This document shows positions 61,235 through 64,000 of a stretch of DNA of 64,000 nt, piece after piece. The notes beneath the pieces were generated by a model. That model had not been told where the DNA came from. It saw only the letters and a program-made list of their open reading frames with translations, and ran no database searches. Both the position numbers and the translations under genes were made by a program. Source of the DNA: Promethearchaeota archaeon (GTDB taxonomy: Archaea > Asgardarchaeota > Lokiarchaeia > Sigyniarchaeales > SOKP01); contig JBHLNF010000002.1 in the NCBI GenBank assembly GCA_048937405.1, positions 1 through 64,000 on the forward strand, written 5' to 3'. The stretch's first letter is position 1, and each line of letters begins with the position of its first letter.

Positions 61235-62005
61235 ATGGAATTTGAACCAAAAATTTTGGGTTTTTTATGTAATTGGTGTTCCTATGCAGGTGCAGACCTC
61301 GCAGGAGTTAGTCGAATCCAATATCCTACTAATGTCAGAGTTATCCGTGTGATGTGTTCGGGTAGAGTAGATCCTGTATTTATAGCTGAAGCATTTATGA
61401 ATGGTATTGATGGAGTTCTTGTTTTAGGATGTCATTTAGGAGATTGTCATTATATAAGTGGAAATTATGAAGCAGAATTAAAAATGAAAATGTTAAGCAA
61501 AACATTAGCATTGATAAATTTTGCAGATCGAGTACGTCTTGATTGGGTTTCAGCATCAGAAGGAAATAGATTCGCTCAAATAGTTACTGATTTTACTGAA
61601 CATATCCGTAAATTAGGACCATCACCAGTTAAAGATGATAAATTAAAGAAAGAAATTCTGGATAATTTGAGTGCCACTAAATTTGCTTTATGTGATTCAC
61701 GTCTAAGAGCTTTAGTTGCACGTCAAAGGGAATTAACAACAGAGGGAAATGTATATGGGGACATAATTCCTATCGAAGAATTCGATGAAATACTTGATAG
61801 CGCTATTGAAAATGAGTTAATTCGTCATAAAATTTTAGAAAAAATTAAGAAAGAAGGAAAATCTGTTCCAGATATCGCAAAAGAAATTAAAGTAGAACCT
61901 CATAAGGTATTACAGCATATAGTAACTCTTCGAGCTCGCGGTTTAGTTGATCTCGATCAAATAAATGAAGAAATTCCCACTTTTATTTCGATTAAAGAGG
62001 TTTAG
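61235..62005 (+). CDS. mvhD: MvhD/FlpD [2Fe-2S] subunit with C-terminal wHTH-like extension
   Basis: FLCNWCSY, MCSGRVD, GCH.GDCHY, WVSASEG; extra ~120 aa ending SVPDIAKEI...LRARGLV. Confidence 0.9.
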   Translation: MEFEPKILGFLCNWCSYAGADLAGVSRIQYPTNVRVIRVMCSGRVDPVFIAEAFMNGIDGVLVLGCHLGDCHYISGNYEAELKMKMLSKTLALINFADRVRLDWVSASEGNRFAQIVTDFTEHIRKLGPSPVKDDKLKKEILDNLSATKFALCDSRLRALVARQRELTTEGNVYGDIIPIEEFDEILDSAIENELIRHKILEKIKKEGKSVPDIAKEIKVEPHKVLQHIVTLRARGLVDLDQINEEIPTFISIKEV

Positions 62006-62007
62006 AT

Positions 62008-64000
62008 ATGGAAAAAATAGGATCAGTATTGGTTGTAGGTGGAGGGATTGCAGGAATCCAAGCTTCGATGGATTTAGCAGATTCAGGTTTTAAAGTCTAT
62101 TTAGTAGAATCATCGATGAGCATTGGAGGAGTTATGTCTCAATTAGACAAAACATTTCCTACTAATGATTGTTCAATCTGTATTTTGGCTCCTAAATTGG
62201 TTGCAGCAGGACGTCATGAAAATATCACGCTTTTGATAAATACTAATTTGGAAAGTGTTGAGGGAGATCCAGGGAATTTTAGTGTTAAGTTAAAACAAAC
62301 ATCTTTACTTTTAGATCAAGAAAAATGCACTGGTTGTGGAGTGTGCGCTCGAGAATGCCCAGTAGAAGCGATTGATTTTTTTAATGAGGGACTTTCAAAT
62401 AGAGCTGCAATCTCAGTTAAATTTCCACAAGCAGTTCCATTAGTTTTTTCAATTGATCAAGAATTGTGTATAGGATGTGGTTTCTGTAAAGGTGTATGCA
62501 AAGCTAAAGCAATAGATTATACATTAGAAGATAAATTTACCACCTTAAACGTTGGAGCTATTATATTAGCACTTGGATTTGATGAATATGATCCTGGTCT
62601 TTCGCAACATTATGGATACAGTAAATATTTGAATGTGGTTACCAGCATTGAATTTGAACGGATATTAAGTGCTAGTGGTCCACATTCCGGACTTATACTA
62701 AGACCGTCTGATGGAATTATTCCAAAAAAAATAGCATTCTTACAATGTGTTGGTTCAAGAGATAAAAAGCATGGAGCAGAGTATTGTTCATCTGTTTGTT
62801 GTATGTACACTGCTAAAGAAGCAGTAATTGCAAAAGAACATATGGAAATCATTGAACCAACGATTTTTTCGATGGATGTGAGGGCTGTTGGAAAAGATTT
62901 CGATAAATATATTGAACGTGCGCAAGATGAATATGGTATAAGATATATTAGAAGCAGAATATCAGACATTAAGGAAATATCAGATACAAAAGATTTAATT
63001 CTACACTATGAAAATGAAGATGGAAAAGTAGTTAGTGAGATTTTTAATCTTGTTGTTCTAGCAGTAGGCGCTTTACCACATCACAGCACTAAAATAATAG
63101 CAAAAAAGTTAAATATTGAATTAAATAATTATAATTTTTGCAAAACCAAACCGTTTTCACCAGTAGAATCATCTAGAGAAGGAGTCTATGTATGTGGTAT
63201 GATTTCAGAGCCTAAAGATATTCCAGAAACAGTTGTAGAGGCTAGTGCTGCCGCAGGTGTTGTAGATATTCTTTTATCCGATGTGAGAAATACGTTAATC
63301 ACTGAAAAAGAATTACCGAAAGAATTGGATACAAGTGGAGAACCCCCTCGGATAGGAGTCTTCATATGTCACTGTGGTATTAACATTGGAGGTGTGGTAG
63401 ATGTTCCTGAAGTTGTTGAATATGCGAATAAATTACCTGATGTAATTTATGCAGAAAGAAATTTGTATACATGTTCTGCTGATACACAAACCAATATTAA
63501 AGAAAAAATTAAGGAATATGATTTAAATAGAGTAATTGTTGCTTCATGTACACCAAGAACCCACGAACCTTTATTTCAAGCAACTATTAGGGAGGCGGGT
63601 TTAAATAAATATTTATTTGATTTAGCAAATATTCGAGATCAATGTTCTTGGGTGCATATGCATGAACCTGAAGAGGCGACAGAAAAAGCAAAGGATCTCG
63701 TAAGGATGGCTATAGCTAGAGCTCGAAAATTAGTTCCTCTTCAAGAACAACAAGTGGAAGTTATTCATAAGGGAATGGTAATAGGGGGAGGTGTAGCAGG
63801 TATGACAGCTGCCTTAACCCTTGCAAATCAAGGATTTGAAGTATTTCTCATTGAAAAAAGCGAAAAATTGGGAGGATTTTCCAATAATATTTACCAAACT
63901 ATAGAAAATCATGATGTTCAGACATTTCTTAAAGATTTAGTAAATAAAGTCAATAATCATAAGCTCATTAATATATTCCTCAACGCTAGAATTAATACAA
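62008..64000 (+). CDS. hdrA: Large fused HdrA, 3'-truncated by the window edge (absent from ORF track)
   Basis: ATG 62008: MEKIGSVLVVGGGIAG...FPTNDCSIC...CVGSR...RIGVFICHCG...CTPRTHE...GGGVAG; no in-frame stop seen before the edge. Confidence 0.93.
   Translation, partial: MEKIGSVLVVGGGIAGIQASMDLADSGFKVYLVESSMSIGGVMSQLDKTFPTNDCSICILAPKLVAAGRHENITLLINTNLESVEGDPGNFSVKLKQTSLLLDQEKCTGCGVCARECPVEAIDFFNEGLSNRAAISVKFPQAVPLVFSIDQELCIGCGFCKGVCKAKAIDYTLEDKFTTLNVGAIILALGFDEYDPGLSQHYGYSKYLNVVTSIEFERILSASGPHSGLILRPSDGIIPKKIAFLQCVGSRDKKHGAEYCSSVCCMYTAKEAVIAKEHMEIIEPTIFSMDVRAVGKDFDKYIERAQDEYGIRYIRSRISDIKEISDTKDLILHYENEDGKVVSEIFNLVVLAVGALPHHSTKIIAKKLNIELNNYNFCKTKPFSPVESSREGVYVCGMISEPKDIPETVVEASAAAGVVDILLSDVRNTLITEKELPKELDTSGEPPRIGVFICHCGINIGGVVDVPEVVEYANKLPDVIYAERNLYTCSADTQTNIKEKIKEYDLNRVIVASCTPRTHEPLFQATIREAGLNKYLFDLANIRDQCSWVHMHEPEEATEKAKDLVRMAIARARKLVPLQEQQVEVIHKGMVIGGGVAGMTAALTLANQGFEVFLIEKSEKLGGFSNNIYQTIENHDVQTFLKDLVNKVNNHKLINIFLNARINT

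Noticed and set aside
62610-62969. 119-aa minus-strand ORF
   Set aside because: Shadow of the long plus-strand hdrA starting at 62008, which the track missed because it has no stop in the window.
56868-64000. Selenocysteine (in-frame TGA) in HdrA/MvhD, known from Lokiarchaeia
   Set aside because: The relevant positions are Cys codons (FPTNDCSIC, CNWC, GCHLGDCHY); no in-frame TGA read-through is needed and no SECIS was recognised.
1-64000. rRNA, tRNA, CRISPR arrays, integrases or proviral genes
   Set aside because: No GC-rich structural RNA stretches, regularly spaced repeats or recombinase/capsid motifs were seen by eye; a tRNAscan/Infernal run would be needed to exclude small RNAs.

Overview
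AT-rich archaeal chromosomal segment, most likely from an Asgard archaeon of the Lokiarchaeia type. This is inferred from the archaeal information-processing genes (rpoD with an Fe-S insert, L18e, RIO2, Lsm, thermosome, TrmI, Clp1) together with eukaryotic-signature proteins (three small-GTPase-like proteins, a gelsolin-like domain, a PPP phosphatase). Housekeeping content: end of a trp operon (trpF-B-A-[Fe-S]-E-G), porG/porDAB, aroC/aroA, rpoD-L18e-L13-S9, glyA, trpS, PEPCK, and an hdrC-hdrB-hdrA-hdrA-mvhD-hdrA cluster running off the right edge. There are two tnpB genes: one inside recognisable IS200/IS605-type hairpin ends, one with a rearranged RuvC site and no ends found. No rRNA, tRNA or CRISPR array was seen. 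Most notable observations: (1) a circularly permuted ATP-grasp ligase plus M14 peptidase operon, preceded by an unannotated 33-aa ORF that copies the ligase N-terminus and its promoter spacing (candidate peptide-tagging/RiPP-like writer-eraser system); (2) a gelsolin-like domain fused to about four transmembrane helices; (3) an unannotated 25-aa Trp-rich ORF with overlapping hairpins and a T8 tract just after trpG, resembling an attenuator; (4) a small GTPase whose P-loop can only be translated from a non-canonical (ATT) start. All calls come from motif recognition by eye; no searches or folding programs were run.
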